Virus record (IMG/VR): IMGVR_UViG_3300031786_000022
Span: 1-36,658 of that record
DNA: 36,658 nucleotides
Strand: one strand, 5' to 3'
Origin: a virus
Lineage: Duplodnaviria > Caudoviricetes
The translations under genes and the position numbers were made by a program. The notes beneath the pieces were generated by a model. It had not been told where the DNA came from. It ran no database searches and worked only from the letters and a program-made list of their open reading frames with translations. Positions 16,248-25,614 of the stretch are shown piece after piece. The stretch's first letter is position 1, and each line of letters starts with the position of its first letter.

Positions 16248-17185
16248 GGAATTCCTTGGACATATCGCGATTGATTACAGATGACGCAAATGTCATCCAT
16301 CCGGTTGAACAACTCCGGCAATTGTTGGATGGCCGTTTTCATTTGGGCATCATATTGGGCCGTCCAATTCTCCAAACAAAAATTCCAGGTGTCGGAATCC
16401 AAAAGTGTGATTGAATTCAACCGGTCGGTCGTCAACGCTTCTTTTGCGATTTCGATTCCGGTTCGGTACAATATCGGAAAACGCAATTTTTGAGCAATCA
16501 CACATCCGATTTCTTCAACGCTACATTCTGCGGCGGCCCCGACAATCAATCCAAATGATGTTCCGGTTGTTGTGGTTCCGGACCATCCATTTGAAATCAA
16601 AAATTCGCTTTTTTTGGTCGAACACTTGCAACCTCCTTTCACTTTGGTTTTGTTGGTGTCGATGGCCGTGTTGTCCATCGTCACAAACACTTCATCCGTT
16701 TCGGACAAATAATTTGGGAAAATTTCGGCGTCCCCGTTTGCGTCCGATGTAAACGGAAACGATGTGACGTTCAACCCGTCGGTGATGTCAACGTTTCCGG
16801 AATATCCTGGTTGTTGGATTTTGATTTTTACAGATTGAACGCGGATTCGCAACATCCGCGAATCACGGGTGTTGATACGGACGCCCCGGTCCAATGGCGC
16901 CGGCGTGTTCCATGCGTTGTCCCATTCGCCAACCTTTAGTTCGTCAACCAATGAATTCATCCTAAAAAATGGCATGGCGAACCTGGCCATTTCGTCCAAA
17001 ATCAATTGGGTGGCGAAATTGATTTTCGATTCGAGCAATTGAACGCCGGATGAAAATCCGGAATCCGCCATGTCTGCGGCGCGACGGATATTGATTCCCT
17101 CCAAATCGTCAATGTACAATCCGGATTTCGGGTTTGTTTGGGAAACACAACGGATTCCGATAAAATTGTCAAAACATGTCGCCAT
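16244..17185 (-). CDS. Structural protein, possibly head-tail adaptor, 313 aa
   Basis: Start MATCFDNFIG; helical ends with a beta insert; 9 Cys. Confidence 0.5.
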   Translation of the reverse strand: MATCFDNFIGIRCVSQTNPKSGLYIDDLEGINIRRAADMADSGFSSGVQLLESKINFATQLILDEMARFAMPFFRMNSLVDELKVGEWDNAWNTPAPLDRGVRINTRDSRMLRIRVQSVKIKIQQPGYSGNVDITDGLNVTSFPFTSDANGDAEIFPNYLSETDEVFVTMDNTAIDTNKTKVKGGCKCSTKKSEFLISNGWSGTTTTGTSFGLIVGAAAECSVEEIGCVIAQKLRFPILYRTGIEIAKEALTTDRLNSITLLDSDTWNFCLENWTAQYDAQMKTAIQQLPELFNRMDDICVICNQSRYVQGIP

Positions 17186-17678
17186 ATCCAAAAGGGTCTT
17201 TTTTGTAAATGTTTTTTTCCGGAATCCATAAAGATTCCAAATATTTGGGAACCCAAAACGATGGACACGCTTTGTTTCCAAATTGATTGTGGCCGGCAAT
17301 TAGAACGTCCGGTTGATATCTCAAAACTTCGTCAATGATGGCCGCCAATGTTTGTGATTGGGCGTTGTTCAATGTGTTTTTCACTCGTTGTCCGTCTGCG
17401 GACAATCCGCCAACGAAAACAACGTGACGCGAAATTGCGTTGATGCCTTTGACGCCATTGGTGATTTCTCCGTCATCAATCCATTTGTCGCCATTGTGTT
17501 TGACGAACGTTCGACGACTGCCATCCAACAAAATCATGTCCGAATATCCAACGCGCGACCATCCGCGACCATGTGGTGGCGGTGATGTATGCCAACGGAC
17601 AATGTCATCCGGGGTCACGTTTTGTCCTTCCCTGGTCGCCGTGCAATGAATTATCAAATATTTGAACGGTTGTTTCAT
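17169..17678 (-). CDS. Endolysin, N-acetylmuramoyl-L-alanine amidase (T7 lysozyme / Amidase_2-like)
   Basis: IIHCTAT, GWSRVGY, AGHNQ, KACPSF zinc-ligand motifs. Confidence 0.92.
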   Translation of the reverse strand: MKQPFKYLIIHCTATREGQNVTPDDIVRWHTSPPPHGRGWSRVGYSDMILLDGSRRTFVKHNGDKWIDDGEITNGVKGINAISRHVVFVGGLSADGQRVKNTLNNAQSQTLAAIIDEVLRYQPDVLIAGHNQFGNKACPSFWVPKYLESLWIPEKNIYKKDPFGYGDMF

Positions 17679-18103
17679 TGCTCATTCGGGTTTGACTCCA
17701 ATGGTTCGGCCGTTTCCGTTTCTTCGGTTTCCTTTGTCTTTTTTGTCTTCAATCCGAAGAAATAAACGGCGAATTTTTGATTTTCGATGACGTCGAATGT
17801 CAAACCATCATGTTCGGTTTTGATTCGTTCAATCGCCGTCAAAATGTGGCGGTCATGTTTTCTGCGAAACATTCCGGATGTGATTGTGAAAATCACACCT
17901 TCATTTTTGTTGATTGCCTTAATCCATGACGGTTTGGAATATTGGCATTTTGCCACCGATTCCATCCGTTTCATTCGTTCCACATGGATTTCCGATGTCG
18001 AAACAACGAACACATCATGTGGCCAAATTGATTTGTACAAAGTAACAACGGCGGATTCAATCATGTCCGGAGTTGTATCTAATTTATCGCGGTGATATAT
18101 CAT
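17675..18103 (-). CDS. Hypothetical protein, 142 aa
   Basis: Packed in the operon; ATGA overlap with the endolysin. Confidence 0.65.
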   Translation of the reverse strand: MIYHRDKLDTTPDMIESAVVTLYKSIWPHDVFVVSTSEIHVERMKRMESVAKCQYSKPSWIKAINKNEGVIFTITSGMFRRKHDRHILTAIERIKTEHDGLTFDVIENQKFAVYFFGLKTKKTKETEETETAEPLESNPNEQ

Positions 18104-18105
18104 GA

Positions 18106-18945
18106 CTATCGAAAGTTTGTTCCACGGCCGGGTCCGCCTTTTGGCCTGGTCGCCCGTGAAATTTGATTGATTGCGTTTTTGGTTGTTTGGGCGAATCCTG
18201 GTTGTGGATTAAACAATCGACAATCGCCGGTTGGACAATCGACAACGGTTCGTTTTCCCGAAACATTGTTTCCGCCGGATGGCGGTGTTGGGGCCTCTAC
18301 TGCGGTCCCCGTGATTGGAATGACCAATTGTTGACAACCGGTGTCAATGTAAACGTTGCAAGATATCGGACCGGCGGTTGTTGGCTGCCATGTAATCGCC
18401 ACCGATTCAAAACCATCCAAACAAAGTTTTTCGGTTAATATTGGAACAATCGTCAAATCAACACAATCCGTTGAAATGGCGTAATTGTAACAACAAACGG
18501 TCGGATTGGTGATGGTGATGTTCACCGGGTTGATTGTATTCAAATTAACGGTCCCAAAATCAATTGACGGGGTGTCAACGGTTGTTGACATGTCGATGGC
18601 CTCAAAATCAAAATTGAAAAGTTCAACGGTTGTTCCATCAATTAACGCCTCGACAACCAATGTGTCGGTGTCTGCTACACTTCCCGCGCAATATTCGCCC
18701 CCAATCAAAAATGATTGACCTGCGCCAACGGTGAACGGTGCGGTCACGGTGCTTCCATTATAAAGAATTGAAAAATAATTTATTGCGAATAAACCGTTGT
18801 TGAATACAACAACAAAATCCGAAATTTCAATGTCGGACTCTTCGGTATTTGTGACAATACATTCAAATGAACAACAACATCCGCCATACATCAAATTTGT
18901 CCCGGAACCCTGTGGAATTAAACAATTGTCAAAAATTAGCGCCAT
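18106..18945 (-). CDS. Cys-rich virion accessory protein with Ig-like (ASH / choice-of-anchor D type) domains
   Basis: IDFGTV…ITITNPT…ITWQPTTAG…IPITGTAV pattern; 14 Cys; basic tail. Confidence 0.65.
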   Translation of the reverse strand: MALIFDNCLIPQGSGTNLMYGGCCCSFECIVTNTEESDIEISDFVVVFNNGLFAINYFSILYNGSTVTAPFTVGAGQSFLIGGEYCAGSVADTDTLVVEALIDGTTVELFNFDFEAIDMSTTVDTPSIDFGTVNLNTINPVNITITNPTVCCYNYAISTDCVDLTIVPILTEKLCLDGFESVAITWQPTTAGPISCNVYIDTGCQQLVIPITGTAVEAPTPPSGGNNVSGKRTVVDCPTGDCRLFNPQPGFAQTTKNAINQISRATRPKGGPGRGTNFR

Positions 18946-18961
18946 TCCTTTTGTTTTGTTT

Positions 18962-19009
18962 CAAAGTTAGAAAAAAAACCCGGTCAACGAACGTCAACCG
19001 GGTTTTTTT
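18962..19009 (-). terminator. Bidirectional terminator after capsid and tail-tube genes, followed by a TAACTTTG -7 element
   Basis: A-tract-CCCGGT…ACCGGG-T-tract; TAnnTTTG at 18962-18969. Confidence 0.85.
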
Positions 19010-19029
19010 ATGACTCAACATTGGTTGGT

Positions 19030-19572
19030 TTACAAACCATCCAAATTCACGGCCACGCCACATGGCATGGTCACGGCGTTCCAACTCACGGTTCCGTCAA
19101 AGTAGATGGAACCGGTGTTGTTGTCTTCGATAACCTGGTCAACCTCCATTGTGAACGATGTGATTGGACCATAAAAATATCCATCACATGTGTAGTATCC
19201 GAATTGATACAAAGGGGCGTTCAACTGAATTGAATTATAAAATTCAATGTCGGTACAATCTTCCGGGTCTGAATTGTAATCTTGGAACGTCACCGATTTT
19301 TCGCCGCCAACAATTGATTCGGGCGAACATGACGAAACGCGTTTTTTGGTGAATGTTCCTTTTGCTTTTTGGCCCAACACCAAACCGGTCAAAACAACAT
19401 CACCGGCGGCGATGGCCGCAATCCATTCGTCGCGGTCGCTGACGTCGGTGAACGTGTAGTCACATTTGATGAATGCCAATTTCGAAATTCCGCCGTTTCG
19501 GGTTGTGATACCACACCCGGCGGACGGCGCCGGCGGTAAAGCGGGCGCACATGCTGACGTACATAATGCCAT
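19030..19572 (-). CDS. Probable major tail (tube) protein
   Basis: 180 aa, acidic and beta-rich, GGISKLAFI motif; shares a terminator with the capsid gene; 8 Cys. Confidence 0.65.
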   Translation of the reverse strand: MALCTSACAPALPPAPSAGCGITTRNGGISKLAFIKCDYTFTDVSDRDEWIAAIAAGDVVLTGLVLGQKAKGTFTKKRVSSCSPESIVGGEKSVTFQDYNSDPEDCTDIEFYNSIQLNAPLYQFGYYTCDGYFYGPITSFTMEVDQVIEDNNTGSIYFDGTVSWNAVTMPCGVAVNLDGL

Positions 19573-19607
19573 TTTATTTTCGTTTTTTTATGTTAGAAAA
19601 ATTTGAA

Positions 19608-20633
19608 TTACGCGCAACCAACGATTGTTGAACAATCAGCGAAATGGAATGTGTAGTTCACACCTTCGTTCAAATCACCCGTTCCAAACGCGTTGGCCGG
19701 AATGAAGAAAAGTCCCCAATTCAATTGTAGTTTGATTGACCAGGCGTCCGCGCAATCGTCATAATGAACCTTTAAATCGTATGTCAAACCTGTGAACGGG
19801 TCGGTGATGGTTCCATGTTCAAACACGTCGTTTCGCTTTGCGTAATCACCAACATATTTGTTCCATGTCAAAAGTTGAACGGCTCCAGGGGCCAAAACAA
19901 CGAATTCGTTGGCGCCAATAACGCTATCAACAAAACGGTCGTTGTAATAACGATAATCTGTCCAACGCGAAAGGTCCATTCCAGTTGATGAATTACAACA
20001 CGCGATTTGTTGTGTCTTTGCGTACAAATCAAAGTTTCCGCCGCCAATAATCATTGGCGCTCCGGATGCTCCGGTCAAATCGTATTCGTGACGGATTTGG
20101 GCGGCCGCAATTGCTCGCGGCGCGTTTGATGTGGCTTCGAACAATTGGATGTCCTTTTGGGTTGTTCCATCGCTGAAATTTCCAAAATTGGTTGATTGTT
20201 CCGACAACAATTGTTGGTTCAACGCCGTGTTGATGGCGTTCATTTGCGACATGATAACGTTGGAAACATAAACGGAATCGGCTTCGCAAAGTTTTCGCAT
20301 TTGGTCTTCACTAAACAACATTCCTTTGGTTTCAATACATTCGGTTATTGTGACGATTGATTCCAATGGCGCAATTTCCTGGTCCGTATCACATGACGCC
20401 GTACATGTCAGATTCACCGAATCCGCCGTTCCGCGTTGAATGTAGTTAACTTGGACCGAACGATTTTTTCCGTTTGTTGGAATTGGAATTGCTTCAAAAC
20501 CCATGCGGTTTTCTTCGGACATTAGGGCGTCCAAATACCCAACACGGTCGCGCTTCAGCGCCGGCGCGTTCATTCCGGCAACGGAATTCAAATCCGTTTG
20601 CAATTTTTGACAAAGTCCTTGAGTAAATGCCAT
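19608..20633 (-). CDS. Major capsid protein, 341 aa
   Basis: Follows the scaffold; size; start MAFTQG after an A-rich leader; 10 Cys. Confidence 0.8.
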   Translation of the reverse strand: MAFTQGLCQKLQTDLNSVAGMNAPALKRDRVGYLDALMSEENRMGFEAIPIPTNGKNRSVQVNYIQRGTADSVNLTCTASCDTDQEIAPLESIVTITECIETKGMLFSEDQMRKLCEADSVYVSNVIMSQMNAINTALNQQLLSEQSTNFGNFSDGTTQKDIQLFEATSNAPRAIAAAQIRHEYDLTGASGAPMIIGGGNFDLYAKTQQIACCNSSTGMDLSRWTDYRYYNDRFVDSVIGANEFVVLAPGAVQLLTWNKYVGDYAKRNDVFEHGTITDPFTGLTYDLKVHYDDCADAWSIKLQLNWGLFFIPANAFGTGDLNEGVNYTFHFADCSTIVGCA

Positions 20634-20807
20634 TTTTTTAAATTTTAAAAAGTTTTTTTTGTTTGATTTTGTGGGGTTAGATAACACAAAACCCAAACGC
20701 GCAATGGTCGCCATGATGGCAATCATTCCGAATTTGGGTCGGTTCCCCGGTCGGCCTTTACGGTTGGCCAAAACCCGGTGATTCGTTTACGGCCCGACGG
20801 CCCTGGT
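20634..20807 (-). promoter_or_regulatory. Structured non-coding leader between scaffold and capsid genes
   Basis: Several nested inverted repeats in 174 nt. Confidence 0.45.
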
Positions 20808-21641
20808 TTATTTCGATTCGTTTCCGAATACCTTCATGGTCTGCAATGACGCGGCGTTCGCTTGGGCCTTTGCCATTCCGGCCAATTGATATTTGGGCGG
20901 TTCGGCTCCGGGCGTTGGTGGCGGTGGCGGCGTTCCATTGCCTGGTTTGGGCGGTGTTGGACTGCCGTTGGATTGTTTAATCACACCCAACGACGCCAAA
21001 TGTCCATCCAATATTTCGTCAAATGTAACGATTTTCGTTCCATCGTTGTTCAACGGGTTCAAATTATTTTTGGTCTTCACAACCAATTCGCCGTTGTCGT
21101 CCACATCTACATTGAAATTTGATTCCAAATAAGTTTGGACGGCCGGTTTGACAACCTCCGGCGATACAATCAACGAACGTTTGGCGATGGCGGATTGGAT
21201 GAACGATTCGCGTTTGAATGTTTTGATGGCCTGTTTTGCCTCGTTTTCCTTTTGCGGAATGATTTCATCAACCAGGTGTTTGTTTTCGTTGGTCAATTCA
21301 ATCAATCGTTTTTGCAATTCTTCGGCGCCGGCTCCGGCGGTTTTGTTCATCTTATCAAACGCAACCGAAATGATGTCATCGAATTTTTTGTCCTTTACAT
21401 CTTCGGCCGACAACCCGAATGTCTTTTTGATTTTTTGTTCAATCTTCGACAATTCGGTTCCCTTTACTTCGCCGCGAATGGACGAAATGAAATCCGGGTT
21501 GTTTTTCAAAACGTCACGTTGGATGTTTTGGAATTCGGCGGCGATGTCATCGACGTTCAATTCCTGGTCATCGCCATTCAATTTTGTGATGGCATCGGAT
21601 GGAACGCCAATTTTCTTCAAAAACTTTTCAATGTTGGTCAT
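20808..21641 (-). CDS. Capsid scaffolding protein
   Basis: Charged coiled coil and Pro-rich C-terminal linker; upstream of the capsid gene. Confidence 0.75.
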   Translation of the reverse strand: MTNIEKFLKKIGVPSDAITKLNGDDQELNVDDIAAEFQNIQRDVLKNNPDFISSIRGEVKGTELSKIEQKIKKTFGLSAEDVKDKKFDDIISVAFDKMNKTAGAGAEELQKRLIELTNENKHLVDEIIPQKENEAKQAIKTFKRESFIQSAIAKRSLIVSPEVVKPAVQTYLESNFNVDVDDNGELVVKTKNNLNPLNNDGTKIVTFDEILDGHLASLGVIKQSNGSPTPPKPGNGTPPPPPTPGAEPPKYQLAGMAKAQANAASLQTMKVFGNESK

Positions 21642-21646
21642 GTATT

Positions 21647-21937
21647 TCAATTTTTGGGTTTGCGGCCTTTTTTCACGGGTTTGGATTCAACGCCATTCGA
21701 TTGGATTTCGTCAATGGCGTCATCCTGGTCGTTGTCTTCAACTTCCGGTTGTTCAATCGTTGGTTCTTCAATCACCGGTTTGGTAACCGTTGGGGCGCTG
21801 AATTTCACCGGCTCCGACGGTTTGTTCAATATTTCATAAAACTTCGATTTACCGCCTTTCTTCAGCGTGTTCCATGCGAATTGTGTCACCTCGGAAATTT
21901 TCCCGGTTTTGACGTTCTGAATGCGAATTTTGTTCAT
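21647..21937 (-). CDS. Small head-region protein with acidic disordered tail
   Basis: MNKIRIQNVKTGK…KKGRKPKN. Confidence 0.7.
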   Translation of the reverse strand: MNKIRIQNVKTGKISEVTQFAWNTLKKGGKSKFYEILNKPSEPVKFSAPTVTKPVIEEPTIEQPEVEDNDQDDAIDEIQSNGVESKPVKKGRKPKN

Positions 21938-21952
21938 GTCTGAATGTTTGTT

Positions 21953-21982
21953 CAAATATACAATTTATTTCAATGCCGCCAA
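21953..21982 (-). promoter_or_regulatory. Promoter for the scaffold-capsid-tube transcript
   Basis: TTG-N19-TATATTTG. Confidence 0.65.
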
Positions 21983-22156
21983 TTGTTCGCCGGTCAATGA
22001 CGATTCAAACCATTCGATTCCCAACGTCGATTCAATTCCATTTTCGGCGACATCCTGGTCAATGATTGTTTTGATTTTCTGCAATGTGGCAATGTCATTT
22101 TTTTCGGCGGCGGCCGTTGTCAATTCCGACAACTTTTGCATTTGTTCAATTGTCAT
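21965..22156 (-). CDS. Small acidic protein, 63 aa (candidate immunity partner)
   Basis: 4-nt overlap with the MuF-peptidase stop. Confidence 0.6.
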   Translation of the reverse strand: MTIEQMQKLSELTTAAAEKNDIATLQKIKTIIDQDVAENGIESTLGIEWFESSLTGEQLAALK

Positions 22157-23919
22157 TTGGCAATTTTTACGGTGTTAATATCAATTTTCATGGCCTTCAA
22201 ATAATCTTCGACGAATTCAAAAACCTTTGGATGTGATGTCTTCAAAAAATCATTTGCATACACATACGATGTGAATGATTCAGTCCAAAATTCTTGTTTG
22301 TTTGTTTGACCATACAATGTAGGCGCATCCGACAACTTTAATCCTTTTTTATTCAACAATGACAACATGATTTCGGCGGCTCTTGAATCATTAGCGTTTT
22401 GGATGGCGTGTCCCAATTCATGTGTAATGGTTGGCGCGATGTTTTGGTCAACATCACTTGCAATGGTTGAAATGGTCCATGGTTTAAATTTTCCATTTTG
22501 AAATTCACCGGCGATTTGATAACCTCGCGCAACGTCACGCGTCAACAATTTTTTATTGCCACTTTCGCGAATTTTATATCCATATTTTTCCGCGTGTTGA
22601 TTCAACCAATCTTCGGTTGATTCAATATTGTATTTTTTAAAAATTATTTTTTCCCCTTTGCCAATCTTAATATTCAAATATGAATTATTGGTCGCGCAAT
22701 TGCCGCCCGAATTGGTGGAAATCGTTCCAATTTGATATGTCGGCAAAGTCAATTTTTTTCCGGTTGCTTCGGCAAATTTTTTGGTTCCGGGTCCCGTACA
22801 TTCCGACGGTTTTCGTAATGTCACGAATGTTCCTTTGGCGTTTATTGTTTCAATGATACCATTGGCATTGGCGGCAATTTCATTGAATTGGTTAACCGTT
22901 GATTTTGATTGTGTCGATAAAAATATTTCCGGATTAATTTCCTTTTGTTTGGTCGCGGTGGTTGTTTGCTTTTCAACCTTTGCAACCTCCTTTTCAACCT
23001 CGTTGATTTGTTGTTCAATTTTCACGGGCGCGACTTCTGCCGGCTCCATGTTCAATCGTTCCCGTTGTGATTTGGTCAACTTGAATGGAATGGCCGAATG
23101 GCGACAATTGTATCCGCCACGGTAGATTGAAAAGTTTTCCGGCGTTGTTCCCGGAATCGCTCCGGTTCCATTGGCGTTCATCCATGCAATTTCCGACGGC
23201 AAATCCTTTGATTGAATCACACCCATTGCAACCCAACGCCGACATTGCGGCCTTGAATCTTCAATCAACGAACCGACGTATCGATAGGCATCCAACCCGA
23301 ATTTGTTCGCAATCTTCGCGTTCACCTGGCCATCGAATTGATTCAGGGCGTCCCGGCTGACTTGTTTGACGTAACGTGAAAACAATCCGTCAACCTCCGG
23401 CGTTCCTAAAATGTAGCGCCGTAAATACGCCTCCAAATCCGCCTTTGTGGAACCGGCCACAATATTTTGATAAATGCCCGTCCGAACAGGTTCAATGAAA
23501 TTGGATGAAACGCCTGAACCGGTCAATGACTGCAAGGTTTGTTCAACCGTCGCCCGTTGGATTGGATTAATCAATTCGCCCAATTCGTCCGGCGACAAAT
23601 CATTGACGTCGCGATGGATGTCGAAATTGTATTGTTTCAACGTTTCAAAATTCCGCAAAAACCCGTTCACGTCTTTTGGATATGTCGAACCTTGAATGGC
23701 CTCCAAAATGATTCGTTCGACCTGGTTGGTCAACAAAACATTTCCGTCATCAAACACAAATCGTTCGCCATCGCTCGAAAACTTTTGGACGTGTTTTGAC
23801 AACGCCGCGAACACTCGTTGTTCGGTGGCCGGCAATGAATCGAAAAACGATTGATTGGCCGCCGAAACGGTCCGGTCCTGTTTTCGGATTATGGCAATGA
23901 CGTTGTCATCGAATTCCAT
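22153..23919 (-). CDS. Minor head protein (MuF / SPP1 gp7-like) with C-terminal zincin metallopeptidase domain
   Basis: After the portal; DSRPQC and GGYNCRH motifs; THELGH and YGQTNKQEFWTESF in the C-terminus. Confidence 0.8.
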   Translation of the reverse strand: MEFDDNVIAIIRKQDRTVSAANQSFFDSLPATEQRVFAALSKHVQKFSSDGERFVFDDGNVLLTNQVERIILEAIQGSTYPKDVNGFLRNFETLKQYNFDIHRDVNDLSPDELGELINPIQRATVEQTLQSLTGSGVSSNFIEPVRTGIYQNIVAGSTKADLEAYLRRYILGTPEVDGLFSRYVKQVSRDALNQFDGQVNAKIANKFGLDAYRYVGSLIEDSRPQCRRWVAMGVIQSKDLPSEIAWMNANGTGAIPGTTPENFSIYRGGYNCRHSAIPFKLTKSQRERLNMEPAEVAPVKIEQQINEVEKEVAKVEKQTTTATKQKEINPEIFLSTQSKSTVNQFNEIAANANGIIETINAKGTFVTLRKPSECTGPGTKKFAEATGKKLTLPTYQIGTISTNSGGNCATNNSYLNIKIGKGEKIIFKKYNIESTEDWLNQHAEKYGYKIRESGNKKLLTRDVARGYQIAGEFQNGKFKPWTISTIASDVDQNIAPTITHELGHAIQNANDSRAAEIMLSLLNKKGLKLSDAPTLYGQTNKQEFWTESFTSYVYANDFLKTSHPKVFEFVEDYLKAMKIDINTVKIAK

Positions 23920-23928
23920 GTGGTTGGT

Positions 23929-25614
23929 TTACGCGGTTTGAATCAATTGGGCGGTGACGTATGAATCAATGATTGGTTGGATTCGTTTGTCCAATTCTGC
24001 AAATATTTCGCCCAATGGTTTTTCCAAAAATTCCGTTCCAAATTCGGCGGTGATGGACGTCAATGTTTTGTATGCAAACAACGAACGAATCAAATCGTCG
24101 CGTTTGATACTGCCGGCGGCCAACAACATTTGTTTGTCCTTTGTGTTCAAATGATAAATTGGGTCGTAACTGACCAACACTTCGACCATTCGCGAAATGG
24201 ATTTGTTTCCGGAAAAACGCTTCCGGGCCAAATCTTTGGTCGATTCAACCAGGAACGCAATTGGCGCGTTTTTGTCCGTCAACTTGTTCAATTCATCAAT
24301 CAAATCGTCTTCGGTCTTCATGCTGAATGAAATCGGTTTGACGATGACCGGATTCATCGGTTCGGTGACGTTCCGATATTTTTCAATGAACAACAACGAT
24401 TTGAAAATGATTTCGTCAAATATGTTGTTGGATATTTTGGTCAACTGCGAAAACGAATCTTCGCGGTCAATCATTTTGGCCACTCCGGATTGACTTTCGT
24501 CAATTACATTCAAATGCAATGATTCTTCGGCTTTCTTCAAAAGGGTTTGCCATGCCTGTCCCGAATATTCAATGATGCTCACATCCGGCGAAATGAATCG
24601 AATCATTGGGCCGTTGACGTCGCCATCAACACCCAACGCCGGATTTGCCTTTTCTCGCAGAAATACGCCAAATGGCGAACGTGAAATCACACGTCCGGTT
24701 CCCTTGCAAATTCCACATGTGTCATGTTCTTCGGTTTCGTGATTGTACACAATACCATCGCGGCAACCCTTACCATTGCAATTTTCCGCGATTTCTTCGC
24801 GATACGGAAACGCGGACGTTGTCATGACTGCGGTCCAATCGGAATATTGGCGAATCGCTTCATTGGCAAACGGAACAAACGCCGAAAAATAAGAATCGAA
24901 AAAATGTTCGTCCGTCAAATCGCCGCCCAATATTACGCCCGGAATGGCTCCCATGTCATGTTGGTAAATGACAACGGTTTCAAATCGTTTGTCGATGGCC
25001 TGGCCAATTTGGGTGTGTTTCAAAAATTGCGTGTCGGTCAATGAGTAATAAACCAACCCGGTCATTTGTGATTTGCCGTTTGACATTACGGGCGAATGTT
25101 CGTCCATTGATTGCCATGTCAACAATCCAGGTTCCAACACTTTGATTTGGTCCGACATAATCAACACCGGTTCGGCGTCCACTTTGACGGCCGGATTGGT
25201 CAAACCTTCGCCGACCGGAATCCAAACCAACCATCCGTTCGGGTCTTCAATCATTCTGCGGACAACGAATTTTTGGATGTATGAATAAAAATATTGGCCA
25301 TCAAACTTTCGTTCCGTCAAATATGTGTTCAATTCATCCGAAACGGAAATGGAAAAATTGGCGTTTTGGAATATCCGAAACAATTTGTCAATCGCCCTAT
25401 TCATCGAACCTTTTGTGATTGGTTCGTAAATGGACAAACGATATTTTTGAACGTCCGGGTCTTCATTGGGACGACGTGACGTCAATATTTCTCCAGGGTT
25501 TTTCCCCCGTGTATGAATGAACATGGTTGTCCGAACACGGTTCCAATGCTCCCAATTCTTTGGGTGATATTGGTCATTCGACAACGCGGTCGATATGTTT
25601 TCAATTGTTATCAT
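23929..25614 (-). CDS. Portal protein with an inserted DnaJ-type zinc finger
   Basis: About 561 aa, ESQSGVAKMIDR motif, upstream of MuF; CNGKGC…CGICKGTG. Confidence 0.85.
   Translation of the reverse strand: MITIENISTALSNDQYHPKNWEHWNRVRTTMFIHTRGKNPGEILTSRRPNEDPDVQKYRLSIYEPITKGSMNRAIDKLFRIFQNANFSISVSDELNTYLTERKFDGQYFYSYIQKFVVRRMIEDPNGWLVWIPVGEGLTNPAVKVDAEPVLIMSDQIKVLEPGLLTWQSMDEHSPVMSNGKSQMTGLVYYSLTDTQFLKHTQIGQAIDKRFETVVIYQHDMGAIPGVILGGDLTDEHFFDSYFSAFVPFANEAIRQYSDWTAVMTTSAFPYREEIAENCNGKGCRDGIVYNHETEEHDTCGICKGTGRVISRSPFGVFLREKANPALGVDGDVNGPMIRFISPDVSIIEYSGQAWQTLLKKAEESLHLNVIDESQSGVAKMIDREDSFSQLTKISNNIFDEIIFKSLLFIEKYRNVTEPMNPVIVKPISFSMKTEDDLIDELNKLTDKNAPIAFLVESTKDLARKRFSGNKSISRMVEVLVSYDPIYHLNTKDKQMLLAAGSIKRDDLIRSLFAYKTLTSITAEFGTEFLEKPLGEIFAELDKRIQPIIDSYVTAQLIQTA

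Noticed and set aside
17186-17299. Extended start of the 351-aa ORF inside the endolysin
   Set aside because: It would overlap the amidase catalytic C-terminus; the ATG at 17185 (MATCFDN) is more plausible
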